Notes: generated by a model not told the origin, from the letters alone. DNA of 64,000 nucleotides from a virus (IMGVR_UViG_3300032073_000007:32001-96000); one strand, 5' to 3'. Positions 11,701 through 21,791 are shown, counted from the stretch's first letter. Numbers and translations: made by a program.

Positions 11701-14022
11701 CGCTTTAAATTCTGCCAAACCTAAAGCCGAAAACACAGCGGCTTCAAATGCTGCTCCAACAGCACCCCTTATCGCACCATGCGCCCCTCTTTGCCCACCC
11801 TGAGACAGTCTGCGGTTTATGTCTGATGAATTCGCCTTATTATTTTTACCTTTCGGTATAACTAATAAGTTAGCATATTTAGTCGCAGATTTTACTACAC
11901 TATCTTTTATTCTTTGCTCAAGTTTAGAATCGTAAGGCTCCGCAGCTTTATCAATGCTTTCTCCATGCATCATGGGGGCAAACGGTCTAATTGTAGAATT
12001 AAGTTCATAGGGGTATCTATTACCACTCACTTTAGAAGAGCCTTTTTTGATACTTTTTGCTGCCGCCCCCGCTCCCAGCGAAGGAACTAAAAAACCATAA
12101 GGAGCAGGTGACACGCTAATAGGAGGTATTTTCTGTGCCGCCCTTGCATCCATTGCGGCTAATTTCTTTTTAGCATCTGCAATTTCTTCTGGAGTCTTTC
12201 TCCCACTCTTATTATTTATAATTGATTGGTAATTTCTCCTTGAATAATTCGGGACAAACCCTTTTGGGTATCTTGGTATAACAGCAGAGTCTCTACCTCC
12301 AGCAAAGTTAGGAACCTCCATTTCTTGGTTATTCATGATGAACTTCTGTCCACCAATTGTTCCCCTACCCATGTGAGCTTTCACACTTGGGCTAGCCCCA
12401 AGCATCATTGCTTCAGCTTCCTCTGCTCTAAATCCAGCATTGAATCTTCTTCCTCTCCTACCAGTGAATCCTCTTGAATCGCTAAATCCTCTAACACCTC
12501 TAGCAGAAGCAGCAGAGGCTAGATTCCTCATTAGCTGTGCTTGTGTAGTCAGTAAGGCATTTTCTCTTTTTATCGCGGCTATAACAGCTTGCTCTTTTTG
12601 AGCCTGACTCATTGTCGTGCTTTCCATTTGTTTCCTCAAAGTAGCATCTCTTTGAAGAAGCCCAACTATGCCGCCCTCAATTTGCTTGACTCTTTCTGTT
12701 TGAGTCCCCATTTGGAAAAGACTTTTTAATCCATCTCCAGCAAACCTCGCAATAAGTTTTGTTATTTTTACAAAAGCTACAGTAAATAGAACTATAGCAG
12801 GTCCACTTAAAAACGTTCCAATAGCTTTAAAGAATCCTTTTATAAAAGTATTACCCTTTTCTGGGTCTAAAGCATTATCTAAAAATTCAGTAAACTTTGT
12901 TGCTATACTTACTATGTTTTCAAGAATTGGCCCGAAGGTTACTGAACCCACCCTCTCGGCTAAACTAGTTAATCCAACAACTAACTTATTAATATTATCA
13001 GCTAAACTTTCTCCTAAAGCTTTATTTTTTTCAAAAGCTTCGTTTGTAGCAAATGCTGCTGTTTCAGCAGCTTCTTTAAATATACCAGTTTCACTACTCA
13101 AGTCTTTAAGAGCCGCACTAACTACGTTGATTTGAAAAACACCACCTGCTAATTCTTTAATTTTAGAAACGACAGTTGGATCAGATATCCCTTCTATAGC
13201 GGTCGATAATGCGCTTAACTTTTGAACACCTGTCTGGGTTGCATCTATTTGAACGCCTAATGCTTTTAGTTCTTCAATTGTAGTTCCTCTGGAAAGCCTT
13301 GTAAAAATTGATTTAAATGCGTTACCGATAACGGCTCCACCCCTCGCTGTTTTCTGCTCAACGGCAGTAACCAATCCCAAAAGCTGATCAAAACTAACCC
13401 CAGCATCTTCTGCTGTGGAACCAGCACGACTAAAGGCTTCTGCTAAATCTTGCGCTGAAACAGCAAAAGCCGTGTCAACTGCTACCATCTTATTGACGAT
13501 CTCTGTATGCTTTAAACCAGCAGATTCAAATCCATTTATAGCAGCCGTTAATGCCTTAACAGACTTTTCTGCATCCAATCCAGAAATCCTCGTTAAAACT
13601 AGAGCAGACTTTAGTCTAGAAGCTGTCTCTTCAGCGCTTAAACCTTGACGAGCTAATTCTGCTGCTCCGTCTGCAACAGTGCTAAACGATTGACCTGTAT
13701 CTTTTGCTACCTGAAATATGGCATTTCTAAATTTACTAAAACTCGCTTCTGTAGCTTGAAAGATGGAGTTAACTTCAATAAGTCTTTTTTCGACTTCAAT
13801 AGTTGTAGATATTAATTTTTTAAAGGATTGAGTAACCCCATTCAAAACGGCAGTTGTTGCCCCGAAAGCAAACACACGGGCAGTAGAGGCATCCAGAGAT
13901 TTTTGAAATTCTGAAGCCTGTCCTGTAATTCGACCTAAAGCTTGCTTAACCTGCTTTGTAGAAGCATTTAAGCTAGCAGTATTAAGGGAAACATTAAGTG
14001 AAGCATTAAAACTTTGAGCCAT
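8710..14022 (-). CDS. Tail tape measure protein (TP901-like N-terminal core)
   Basis: 1770 aa, Ala/Gly-rich and helical; AAELARQG ... DLAEAFSRAGSTA ... GGAVIGNAFKSIFTRL core; GAAAGAAIGS segment; GF(V/I)PN(Y/F) motifs. Confidence 0.9.
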   Translation of the reverse strand: MAQSFNASLNVSLNTASLNASTKQVKQALGRITGQASEFQKSLDASTARVFAFGATTAVLNGVTQSFKKLISTTIEVEKRLIEVNSIFQATEASFSKFRNAIFQVAKDTGQSFSTVADGAAELARQGLSAEETASRLKSALVLTRISGLDAEKSVKALTAAINGFESAGLKHTEIVNKMVAVDTAFAVSAQDLAEAFSRAGSTAEDAGVSFDQLLGLVTAVEQKTARGGAVIGNAFKSIFTRLSRGTTIEELKALGVQIDATQTGVQKLSALSTAIEGISDPTVVSKIKELAGGVFQINVVSAALKDLSSETGIFKEAAETAAFATNEAFEKNKALGESLADNINKLVVGLTSLAERVGSVTFGPILENIVSIATKFTEFLDNALDPEKGNTFIKGFFKAIGTFLSGPAIVLFTVAFVKITKLIARFAGDGLKSLFQMGTQTERVKQIEGGIVGLLQRDATLRKQMESTTMSQAQKEQAVIAAIKRENALLTTQAQLMRNLASAASARGVRGFSDSRGFTGRRGRRFNAGFRAEEAEAMMLGASPSVKAHMGRGTIGGQKFIMNNQEMEVPNFAGGRDSAVIPRYPKGFVPNYSRRNYQSIINNKSGRKTPEEIADAKKKLAAMDARAAQKIPPISVSPAPYGFLVPSLGAGAAAKSIKKGSSKVSGNRYPYELNSTIRPFAPMMHGESIDKAAEPYDSKLEQRIKDSVVKSATKYANLLVIPKGKNNKANSSDINRRLSQGGQRGAHGAIRGAVGAAFEAAVFSALGLAEFKAAKGGADWDVRQLNTVGNGEVSQIFRSPPSISFADMKVGATQDTVDSFVGKILRHNPNYADDMARHREANKKKKAKGKARGFIPNFTKRGGVPTSLMRVHKDDKGEPVAVTNLRDEPNGLQDAIKRERDGVGMFAGGFVPNYNVGAALTKLFPTFKKGLSKLDTKTKSVAKGLGGMENKMGKATTGLFALSAVSGMVTASMEQQHAAMQANLDERINTKLLLDEENGKIKESVTLRAQEILEMKRTTQNRIAERSLLERAAGSLDKFAGVASTFAILGTFGGGGGEGKGSARAQASLANNKKVGGVRTQAGAFAAAQNAKQGIGGRIGKFAKSPKGLGLIGTALTVGGAGFELNRNANRSDIGEEERKRNTGKIVGSAGGALAGAAAGAAIGSIVPVFGTAIGLVAGALLGAAGGMAGSAAGEAIAGGKMTQEELEKDLSPVELARKNTDMQLPKILEKAGFGENLTDDTKDGKQRRDAALDLFDERMRETGNATPEFVQSLVEAQENIDRYGLELSLAQRQQKNGKISAEELEIAYKNLNSANQKLEFVVNKGAKLNGRQLEDQRGREKIIKQANKKLAAAQEALAASHAKVIDSNKKLLAAASKNLQNAQLGSMMAGITPTGKGTGDEFGFNQKTNVLRASQAETMASIQADRAAVSAAENQAGMAGKNVLANSRFTAEGVKGVAEKLRTGEDVSGESEDLIADAKAFNEAAGDSAIALDKASDNFELNVKKAYIGFQKTINEIEAAQRKNAEARAALMQSSIQAASDKIATVFGGEALDMDFMGQQVSEIVNEINKGAGMDPEKLGQLMSEFDDQGLGVKIGDLIQQFDPSIGAEKLAKVLQTTLEAGIGASAKSAEGKRLVGVIGNEVKGGTKGFYKDAGVDVSDGVKQLDDEAKSLKDRLKIANDNLAGLFTEEDTKNLAVEMKNMYQSMVNATTGLGNFGDLIKKDAEETKKVADLIEQNTQVLLDAEKVVRQAQDTILDAKAKIESAQGS

Positions 14023-14040
14023 ATAGGTAAATTACACCTA

Positions 14041-14916
14041 TCAGCTTAAAAAGTCCTCTGCTTTAAGCTCGCCACCCCTCATTGCCATTTTTGTCCTCAA
14101 GTCATCTACTCCGTGAGATGTTTTAGACTCTTGATGAGGTTTTTCCTCATATTCATAAACCTTTACTGGATCACCTGCAATTTCAGAAGGAATACTTACA
14201 TTTTTAATTTTATTAAACAAAGCATTAGAATAAACAATTAGGTTCTTTTGAAAACAAGTTAACTTATCAAAAGTGACACCAAAAATTGATAGGGGATTTC
14301 CTGTTTGAGCTACATAAAAATCAAAAAAACCTCCATTATAGGAAGCCCTTAAACAAGTCTCTCTTGAATTTAAATGATTAAATTTTGCGAATAAAATAGC
14401 TGTTAAAGGCGCTTGATGCTCTTCTTTTAATTTTTCTGAAAAGTCTTTATTTAAAAAAACGGAAGAACTAACCATTTTTTTTATTTTTTTTATTTGGGCA
14501 AGATGTTCTGCGCTGTAATTTGTAATTTTAGCTTTCTCATCTTGGATCTCTTTTAATTCCTTTCTTTGAGATTCAATCTGATTGTTAAAAATCTTTCTTT
14601 GATTTGCGTCTTCTATTTTAGATAAAGCAGCTTCGGATTTTTTTATCATCCAAATAGTAGATTTTAACTTGTCTTCTTTTTTTTCGCTCCAAGAACCAAT
14701 ATTTATAGCAGACTGAACTAACTGTTCAGATGTCTGAATACCAGTTTTTACTGATTTCTCTATTTCTTGTTTCTCTTCAAAATCTAGAGATAGCACATCT
14801 AATATACTAAAGTGCTTAAAATAATAATTTGTATTTAGATATTCTAATGTAGAATACCCTTGCAATATTTCTAATAAATCAACTGAATGTGACTCATCAG
14901 TCTTGCTCATCTTCAA
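14041..14916 (-). CDS. Putative tail assembly chaperone-region protein
   Basis: 291 aa, directly upstream of the tape measure gene. Confidence 0.45.
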   Translation of the reverse strand: MKMSKTDESHSVDLLEILQGYSTLEYLNTNYYFKHFSILDVLSLDFEEKQEIEKSVKTGIQTSEQLVQSAINIGSWSEKKEDKLKSTIWMIKKSEAALSKIEDANQRKIFNNQIESQRKELKEIQDEKAKITNYSAEHLAQIKKIKKMVSSSVFLNKDFSEKLKEEHQAPLTAILFAKFNHLNSRETCLRASYNGGFFDFYVAQTGNPLSIFGVTFDKLTCFQKNLIVYSNALFNKIKNVSIPSEIAGDPVKVYEYEEKPHQESKTSHGVDDLRTKMAMRGGELKAEDFLS

Positions 14917-15688
14917 AAACTTCTTTTAATGCAGCATCAATAGACTTTTGATCATTGCCGTAATTATTATACCAAACGCTTAGAACTCTAACTAAAGTTT
15001 GATATGATTTCTCAAAAAGTTTTTGTTTTTTAAGAAATTGAACATCTTCAACGTCATCGTCTTTTTCTTGAAGTCTTAAAAGATAGCTTCTTTTTTCTAC
15101 ATAATTTTCTCCTTTAAAGAATGGAAATAATTCTTTTTTATCATCTTCCTTTAAGCTCTCCTCAAAAAAGGTAAAATTAAGAATAAACCACTCAATAAGT
15201 TTTTGTTCTGCTTTCGAGTCAGCAGTCTGACTGAATTGTCCTCTCAAACTAGTCTCGTAATCTCTAATTTGAGTCTGCGTTGATGCAAATGCAACCTTTG
15301 CATCCTCAAGCTGTTTCTTTTGCTCTTCGCTAAGTTCTTTTGCTTCTCCAAAAAACTCGATTACCCTAGCAGCATCAGTATTTTCCACAACTAATTCTCC
15401 AATAATATCCTCTGTTCTTTTTGAGGTCATCCCTCCAAGATCCCCCATCTTTTTTGCCAGCATAGCTTTTGTTAAAAAACCAGCATTAATAAATTCGTTG
15501 TATTTCTGACCATAGAAAAACTCGGCATCTTCTACGTCTGCAACACTAGGTTTGGCCACAACAACCCTAGTTTTAATAGAACTTTTAACTTTTTTAGTTG
15601 TTTCAACAGGCCCGTTTTTAGTCTTCCTTACATGAGGGACTTCTTTCTCAACCTCTCTTTTTACATCAAATGAATATAGCTCTTTCAT
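14897..15688 (-). CDS. Putative tail assembly chaperone
   Basis: Charged helical protein between tail tube and tape measure genes; likely start ATG 15688, 7 nt after TATAAT. Confidence 0.45.
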   Translation of the reverse strand: MKELYSFDVKREVEKEVPHVRKTKNGPVETTKKVKSSIKTRVVVAKPSVADVEDAEFFYGQKYNEFINAGFLTKAMLAKKMGDLGGMTSKRTEDIIGELVVENTDAARVIEFFGEAKELSEEQKKQLEDAKVAFASTQTQIRDYETSLRGQFSQTADSKAEQKLIEWFILNFTFFEESLKEDDKKELFPFFKGENYVEKRSYLLRLQEKDDDVEDVQFLKKQKLFEKSYQTLVRVLSVWYNNYGNDQKSIDAALKEVFEDEQD

Positions 15689-15719
15689 TAGTAATATTAT
15701 ATGAAATATTAAGGCAAAA

Positions 15720-16976
15720 TCAAAATTTAAAAAATGAAAATGAGTCAATATCGAATATTTTTAGTTTAAATCCCGTGTTAATACTCGCCGCGCTATCAGA
15801 AGCAGCTATTAGTGTGTTTATATCCGAAGCAAAGTGAACGTAAGATGGCCCACCAGTAGTAGTAAAGTAACTAGTTAAAAGAACAGCCTCTCCTCCAATT
15901 ATCAAAAATATTGGATTCCCAGAATCTCCAGTGGTAAGAAGTTCGGCTAAATTATCATAAGGATCTGGCACATTCGTGGGATTAGAATCAAAAGTAGTTG
16001 ATTTAAATGAAAAGCTATTCACAGCAGTCAATACGTTTAAAGTTAATTTTTTTTCAAAATCAAAACCTGCTACTATAGGCTTGTAATATTCTTCAATTAT
16101 ATCTACGGTTGTTGTTTTTAAATAATCATTAATATTTGAAGGTAAAACCTTTGAAAAAGAAATATTATCTGGAAGTTCTTCGTTTAAAACTCCCACAGAG
16201 ATATCTTGACTAGCATGATCTGCTGTAGCAGAAATTGTTCGTGAAACCCAAGTTCCATCAGGATCAACAAAATAAACAACATCAGAAGCTTGCAATTTAA
16301 AATGCTTCGCCATTATAATATGTCTTTTTGTAATTGCTGTTGCTCCTCTTTGTCTAAAATCTAATGGAACACCATGCCCACGATTGTTCCAAACAACAAC
16401 TGAGGTGAAATCAATATCTTTACCCCAAAAATCAGTTGAACGAGCAGCATTAAATCCTCCACCGTTTAATGTTCCATTCGGGTTTGTAAAAGATTCTAAC
16501 ATACTAGCATTAGCAGCTATACTCATTGTGTTGGTGATATTATCGTTAATTTGTGAGGTAGAATGTTTTGCTAAAGAGTTTTTTGGTCGGCCTGTTACAG
16601 AAAGTGACAGTTCTGAAGTGCCATTTTTATGAAAAGATAAAGAATTTATACTTTTATCAGTGGCTCCATTGGATTTTCCTGTTATATCTAACCCATTCGC
16701 GATTAAAGTCTGATCTTTGTAATAAAAAAATGTGCTGTTCGCATAATCATAATGGACTTCTAAATCAAAAGGAACTCCACTTTGATAACCTGCAAAAAAG
16801 TTTCCGCTTTGATCAAACAAATAACCGTCTGCCCCAGAAAATGTTATTAAATTAGAAGAGTAAAATTTTCCACTCTCAAATAAAGATAACTCAAAACCAC
16901 TATCAGGACTATCTATAATCAAAGATATGTCATATATAGCATTTTGATAATTGGAGAAACTTTCATTTATAATCAT
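15720..16976 (-). CDS. Tail-module protein with a C-terminal trypsin-like serine protease domain
   Basis: Catalytic triad motifs in order: ITKRHIIMAKH (His), DISVGVL (Asp), TGDSGNP (Ser). Confidence 0.75.
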   Translation of the reverse strand: MIINESFSNYQNAIYDISLIIDSPDSGFELSLFESGKFYSSNLITFSGADGYLFDQSGNFFAGYQSGVPFDLEVHYDYANSTFFYYKDQTLIANGLDITGKSNGATDKSINSLSFHKNGTSELSLSVTGRPKNSLAKHSTSQINDNITNTMSIAANASMLESFTNPNGTLNGGGFNAARSTDFWGKDIDFTSVVVWNNRGHGVPLDFRQRGATAITKRHIIMAKHFKLQASDVVYFVDPDGTWVSRTISATADHASQDISVGVLNEELPDNISFSKVLPSNINDYLKTTTVDIIEEYYKPIVAGFDFEKKLTLNVLTAVNSFSFKSTTFDSNPTNVPDPYDNLAELLTTGDSGNPIFLIIGGEAVLLTSYFTTTGGPSYVHFASDINTLIAASDSAASINTGFKLKIFDIDSFSFFKF

Positions 16977-17866
16977 TGTATTATGGGGAAGTAGTAAGAA
17001 AAGGTGACGCTAGTATTATCATCCAAAGAAGTTGATTCATCCACTGTCTCTAGACAACATCCACTAATGGAAAAATCCATAACAGAAGTATCATCTTCTC
17101 CTTTTAAATCAATTTTAATTACACCACTTTGGCAAACTAAACTAGATAGATTAACCCCTGTAACTTCTGTCTTTAAAACAGTAAAGCTTAAATCACCTGC
17201 GGCTGGTAACTCAGGATATCTAAACCTTGGGGTTCTTGTCCCTAATCTTGTCTTAGGGATTCTTGGCGTATTTACGCTTAATGAAAAATCTTGTATATTC
17301 AAACTTGCCGTATCAATACCCTCGTCCCCATTTGTTATTGTTGTTATCTCAATATCCTCTGGCCTAAAAAAACCTCCAAAACTATCATTTGTTTGGTCTT
17401 TTCTTTCTAAAGCTCCAACGGGACTAAAAATAGCAGCATCTCCCTCGTATGTTGCAGAACCTCTTACTAAATCTCCTACAGAGCCATTCAAAGAATAATC
17501 AACAATAGAGCTATCTAATATATCGGTTTGACCAGCGAGATCTTTTATTGTAAAATCAATTTTACCTGTGTTTAGAAACCCGAAATGTATTGCTTGATTG
17601 CCTTTACTGTAAGGTTTATTTAGGAAGAAACTATAAAAAGGGTCTATACCAGTAGCTCCAGTTGTAAGCATTATGTCCATGCTCAAAGTAGTAGTCTGAT
17701 TAGAGCCTAGTATTCTCTCAGAAGCATTCAAGTCTCCTAGCCTCCTTATTTCAGATACCTGCTTATTTGTAGAAATACTTAATGAATTAATAGCTGGTAG
17801 CCGCCCATCAGGTATTGTATTTACAAATACTTGGACATCACTAGAATTAATTCTTTCTATAGACAT
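16973..17866 (-). CDS. Tail tube-like protein (paralogue of 17938-19284)
   Basis: Shares EIRRLG/DIREFG, RPEDI/RPEDV, LNIQDFSL/MHVQSASI and SLDDN/GLDDN motifs with the adjacent gene. Confidence 0.6.
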   Translation of the reverse strand: MSIERINSSDVQVFVNTIPDGRLPAINSLSISTNKQVSEIRRLGDLNASERILGSNQTTTLSMDIMLTTGATGIDPFYSFFLNKPYSKGNQAIHFGFLNTGKIDFTIKDLAGQTDILDSSIVDYSLNGSVGDLVRGSATYEGDAAIFSPVGALERKDQTNDSFGGFFRPEDIEITTITNGDEGIDTASLNIQDFSLSVNTPRIPKTRLGTRTPRFRYPELPAAGDLSFTVLKTEVTGVNLSSLVCQSGVIKIDLKGEDDTSVMDFSISGCCLETVDESTSLDDNTSVTFSYYFPIIQ

Positions 17867-17882
17867 ATACTTAGTTTACACA

Positions 17883-17912
17883 AAAAAGCCCCGCATTTCT
17901 GCGAGGCTTTTT
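17883..17912 (-). terminator. Rho-independent terminator after the major tail gene
   Basis: AAAAAAGCCCCGCA-TTTC-TGCGAGGCTTTT hairpin with A/T tracts. Confidence 0.7.
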
Positions 17913-17937
17913 GTGTTTAAGATTTTTGGACTTAATA

Positions 17938-19284
17938 CTAAGTTCCGTCAGCAGCAGAGTATGGTCCCTTAACTTGGTTTTTCTTATAGAAGTATCCACG
18001 GGGGAAATTCCTACCTCCAAAGCTTGTTCCATAGTGATCAGGAAGATTCGTCTCACCTCCATTGGTGCAAGCCCCTGAATAAAAGAAGCCTTGATCAATT
18101 TGGTTATCTCCACCAATTTGAGTAGAGAATGTTAAATCAATAGTCTCATTATCATCAAGTCCTTGAGAGAATCCTTGTGAATCCATAACAGCTTTTTGCA
18201 TGATATATCTATGCTTATCTGTTCCATCTTCTCCTTTAACATTCAACGTAATGTTAGTGGTTTCGTTCCCAGCAGCACCAGTCAAAATCTTATCAACTTG
18301 ACCTGCACTGAAGTTCTTAAGAAGCGCACTAACAGACATTGTTACGTTAATTGGGAAGTCTAAAGGTTTGGCTACCGCTTTCGCAGAACCAAGAGCCTCA
18401 ATTGGAGTTCTTGAAAGAGGCACTTCGATTGAAGCGCTCTGAACATGCATGTCAGTCAAATCCGTTCCACCAAATGTGAAATCACCATCACTAAATGTAA
18501 GAGTTACATCCTCTGGACGAAGGACTAAAACACTCATGTTACCAGTGCTAGGAACACCAAGCATAAGCTGACCCGTATCCGCTCTTGCTCCTGCTTTATT
18601 TAAAGAAGGGTTATAGATTCCAGAGTTACCAGTATCAAATGTAATGTTTTCTGCCGTTCCATCAATATCGACTCTTGGGATTTCTCCGACAGCAAAATTA
18701 ACGGTGTAACTTTCGAAGTTGCAGTTTCCTAAAGATACAACATCCTGAGAATCTAATTCTGCGGTCGTATAGGTTCCAGTTGGATCTGTAAGGAAGGAGC
18801 CTTGGTTAATGCCTTCTTTTCCTTTTACATCACTTGCGCTTGTCCCAACAGTTGAAAAAGCGTCTGACCCCTCCTTAGTTGTTAAAACAAAAAGGTTCTT
18901 TTCTCTCTTGTCTGGATCTTCAGCAAGAATGCCAGATATAAACTGACTTTTTAATACGTTACCGTCGGTAATTCCATTTGTTTGAAAGCCTAAATTATAT
19001 TCATTTTCTCCGTCACCTAAGAAATAACCAAGGGAGAAAGAAGGGTTTAAATCACCAAGTGTGATTGTTCCGATTCGTGCTAACTGACCAAATTCTCTAA
19101 TATCTTGCCGTCCACCAGCAATATCAATATCAAAAGAGAAAGTGTCAACACGATGAAGTTGAGGTGGTTTTACGCCAGAGTGAGACTGTATTGAAGCGCC
19201 TAAATCGCCAATTAAGCCAGTGTTTGAAACGTAAACCGCTTTACTTTGAGAGATTACTCTCGTTCTAGATTGATTAGAAGCCAT
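17938..19284 (-). CDS. Major tail tube protein
   Basis: 448 aa, follows the neck genes, beta-rich, has its own terminator. Confidence 0.65.
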   Translation of the reverse strand: MASNQSRTRVISQSKAVYVSNTGLIGDLGASIQSHSGVKPPQLHRVDTFSFDIDIAGGRQDIREFGQLARIGTITLGDLNPSFSLGYFLGDGENEYNLGFQTNGITDGNVLKSQFISGILAEDPDKREKNLFVLTTKEGSDAFSTVGTSASDVKGKEGINQGSFLTDPTGTYTTAELDSQDVVSLGNCNFESYTVNFAVGEIPRVDIDGTAENITFDTGNSGIYNPSLNKAGARADTGQLMLGVPSTGNMSVLVLRPEDVTLTFSDGDFTFGGTDLTDMHVQSASIEVPLSRTPIEALGSAKAVAKPLDFPINVTMSVSALLKNFSAGQVDKILTGAAGNETTNITLNVKGEDGTDKHRYIMQKAVMDSQGFSQGLDDNETIDLTFSTQIGGDNQIDQGFFYSGACTNGGETNLPDHYGTSFGGRNFPRGYFYKKNQVKGPYSAADGT

Positions 19285-19329
19285 GTTAATTTAAATTAAA
19301 GTGAATTGTTTACACTTTCTTACACGGAT

Positions 19330-20214
19330 TTATAATCTAGGGAAACGATAAGTGCATAATTCAAAGTCAATATATCCTACAGAGATGTTTTTATTCAGAT
19401 TCTCCCTAATTCTCTCTGAGACTATTTTAGACACAGAAACCTCTTGTATATGGGACTTTGTTGGATTTGATTGAGATGCTACCAAATTATCGTAACTATA
19501 AGGAAAATCTTTCAAAGAGAAAGAGAAACCATATGGGAAATCTTCATATGGAATATGCGTAATATCTCTTCTGACAGTATCTCTAAATAGAGAAAGAACA
19601 GAATCTAATGTGTAATTATCAAAAGATAACACCATTACTCGCATTCTTGTCCTAGTATCTTCCTCCCCTCCAAAAGAGAATTCAGTGTTATCTGAAGAGG
19701 CTACAGAAATAAAACAAGCAGGTAAGAAATATGTGGTTTCGTCATATTCTGCTGTTTTACCATATTGATACGGAAGCTCTGTAGCACTGTCTTTAAAATC
19801 TGAGTGAAGAATTATTTGGGCATCCGTATCATTTGTAATATAAGTATTAACTTCTTTTACAGTAGAATTTGCTGTCAGCGCCGTGCTTCCTATCTCAGCG
19901 CCAGATGCTTGAGGAAATATTAATCTTCCATTCTCATAATCTGTGAAAACACCTCCGTTCTTGTCGTAGTTGCCAGTAATAAAATCATTCCCTAAAAAGA
20001 ACCCAGAATTTGGGTTATCTACATTATACTCCCCGACTAAAGATCTATACTTTCCTTGAAAAGCGATATGAGTATCAGGAACATCTGAGAAAGATCCAGA
20101 AGTAAAAGCATTATCTAAGTTGATTTGATATGCTTTAGCAGAACTACCTAACAAGCGGTTCTCAAACCATAGGTAGAAACTTGACAAAACATTCTGATCA
20201 AACTGCGCCTTCAT
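19330..20214 (-). CDS. Putative tail terminator/completion protein
   Basis: Position between neck and tail tube genes; FSFGGEE ... GYIDFEL. Confidence 0.5.
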   Translation of the reverse strand: MKAQFDQNVLSSFYLWFENRLLGSSAKAYQINLDNAFTSGSFSDVPDTHIAFQGKYRSLVGEYNVDNPNSGFFLGNDFITGNYDKNGGVFTDYENGRLIFPQASGAEIGSTALTANSTVKEVNTYITNDTDAQIILHSDFKDSATELPYQYGKTAEYDETTYFLPACFISVASSDNTEFSFGGEEDTRTRMRVMVLSFDNYTLDSVLSLFRDTVRRDITHIPYEDFPYGFSFSLKDFPYSYDNLVASQSNPTKSHIQEVSVSKIVSERIRENLNKNISVGYIDFELCTYRFPRL

Positions 20215-20852
20215 TTATCTAATCTTAATAATTTCTGTTTAAAATCTTTTGTTAATTTACCAACATATGGCATTCTTTTAAAACTTACACCAGAAGACCT
20301 ATTTTTGGCTTGTATACCTGTTCCAGAAGTAGAACTATCAAACCCTGTAGAACTAAATAAATATTGTCCCAAGTTAGTCAATCCCCCCTCTTCTATACTT
20401 CTAGCCCAGCTTTTGCCAGCCATCCAAGGTATTGGAGTTAATCCATATATTTCTTCAATGCTTGGAATAAAGAAGGTGATTTGATATTTTCCTGAATTAT
20501 TTTTCCTTCTTACCTTAAATTTTATTTTTTCACTAAATATTTTAGATATAATCTGAGTTGGATTATCTCCTGAAGAAAAACCTATAAAGGAAAATAGGTT
20601 ACCGTATCCCCCTAAAGTTCCACTGGTGTTAGATGCTCTAGGCCCAGCGTCAAGCTCTATTGTTATTGGATGAGCTTCAAATTCCTTAATTAACTCAGAT
20701 TGTCTTTCTTGAATTTTGGGATCAATCAAGCCTCTGATGGCCATCGCCATGCTTTTATTATTAGGTGAATCTACCGTTAGCTCTCTAAGTAATTCTTTTG
20801 CGTTGACGGTTACTACTGGGGTAGAGACCGACATAAAATCTCTTCCAGCCAT
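20211..20852 (-). CDS. Putative neck protein
   Basis: Head-tail module position; GNLFSFIGF motif. Confidence 0.45.
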   Translation of the reverse strand: MAGRDFMSVSTPVVTVNAKELLRELTVDSPNNKSMAMAIRGLIDPKIQERQSELIKEFEAHPITIELDAGPRASNTSGTLGGYGNLFSFIGFSSGDNPTQIISKIFSEKIKFKVRRKNNSGKYQITFFIPSIEEIYGLTPIPWMAGKSWARSIEEGGLTNLGQYLFSSTGFDSSTSGTGIQAKNRSSGVSFKRMPYVGKLTKDFKQKLLRLDK

Positions 20853-21298
20853 TAGTTTTCACGTTTTAAAAATATTGAATAAAATTGAGTATCAAATGGG
20901 CCAATAACCTTTGCGTCTCCATCTACAACATATAGTTCATTATCAACCTCTATCTTTGAACAAATTTTAATTTTTTCATAAGCTGCTGCTTTTACTTTGA
21001 TTCTAATTTGTCCCTCAGATCCAACTAGATTCATTTGCCCATTACCATCAATGATATCTTCTTTTTGCTCGTTTTTATAATATACTCTAGCACTGTAAGT
21101 ATATCTTTCGAGAGTTTCTTCTGAAGATATTTTCGCTACATCTTTCCTCCTACCATATAGAGGATTATAATTTAATTCTACAGGAACACTTGAGACTTCT
21201 TTTACATAAACATGAATATCTCTAGCAAAAGTATCGTGAACGTCACTTAATGCTGAATTAATAGCTGTTTTTTCTGCGTCTGTAAGAAGTGAGGCCAT
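20852..21298 (-). CDS. Putative head-closure protein
   Basis: 148 aa, beta-rich, second gene of the connector module. Confidence 0.5.
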   Translation of the reverse strand: MASLLTDAEKTAINSALSDVHDTFARDIHVYVKEVSSVPVELNYNPLYGRRKDVAKISSEETLERYTYSARVYYKNEQKEDIIDGNGQMNLVGSEGQIRIKVKAAAYEKIKICSKIEVDNELYVVDGDAKVIGPFDTQFYSIFLKREN

Positions 21299-21302
21299 AG
21301 TG

Positions 21303-21791
21303 TCATGTTAATGTCCCAGATAGGGTGTAAGTGCCATCGGTTCCTGCGACTTGAATAGGTGAAGATTTTTGGTAATTGTATTGATATAAAAGATCATTTA
21401 ATCTTTCGCTCGTCTCAACAGACAAATCTCTATATGTTTTAGCAACAGAGTTTTTATTTTGTCTTTGTATAGTTGTATCACCCTCTTTTATAGTAACCCA
21501 ATCAACAGAATCAGAATAAGTAAATGATCTTAGAGATTCTCTAGCAGATTTTTGATAATACCAAAGTTCATAAAGAGTCCCAAAGATACTCTTCTCCACA
21601 TCTGCTAAACCTGTGCCATTCATTCTGATAGCACCAGTTGAGTTCACTTCGAACTCTTCATGGATGAGACCATTAAGCTCTCCAATGTTAGTTTCTAGCC
21701 ACCCAGAAACAAAACCAACATTATATGACCCTGTATCATTAGGGAAATCATATGTTACGATGTCAGTAGCTAAAACTCCAAGATCATTCAT
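21303..21791 (-). CDS. Putative head-tail adaptor
   Basis: 162 aa; WVTIKEGDTTI motif resembles adaptor proteins; follows the capsid genes. Confidence 0.5.
   Translation of the reverse strand: MNDLGVLATDIVTYDFPNDTGSYNVGFVSGWLETNIGELNGLIHEEFEVNSTGAIRMNGTGLADVEKSIFGTLYELWYYQKSARESLRSFTYSDSVDWVTIKEGDTTIQRQNKNSVAKTYRDLSVETSERLNDLLYQYNYQKSSPIQVAGTDGTYTLSGTLT

Noticed and set aside
14897-14916. Lambda G/GT-type -1 frameshift between the chaperone ORFs
   Set aside because: The downstream ORF is in the +1 frame, has its own ATG, and no canonical slippery heptamer is evident at the overlap.
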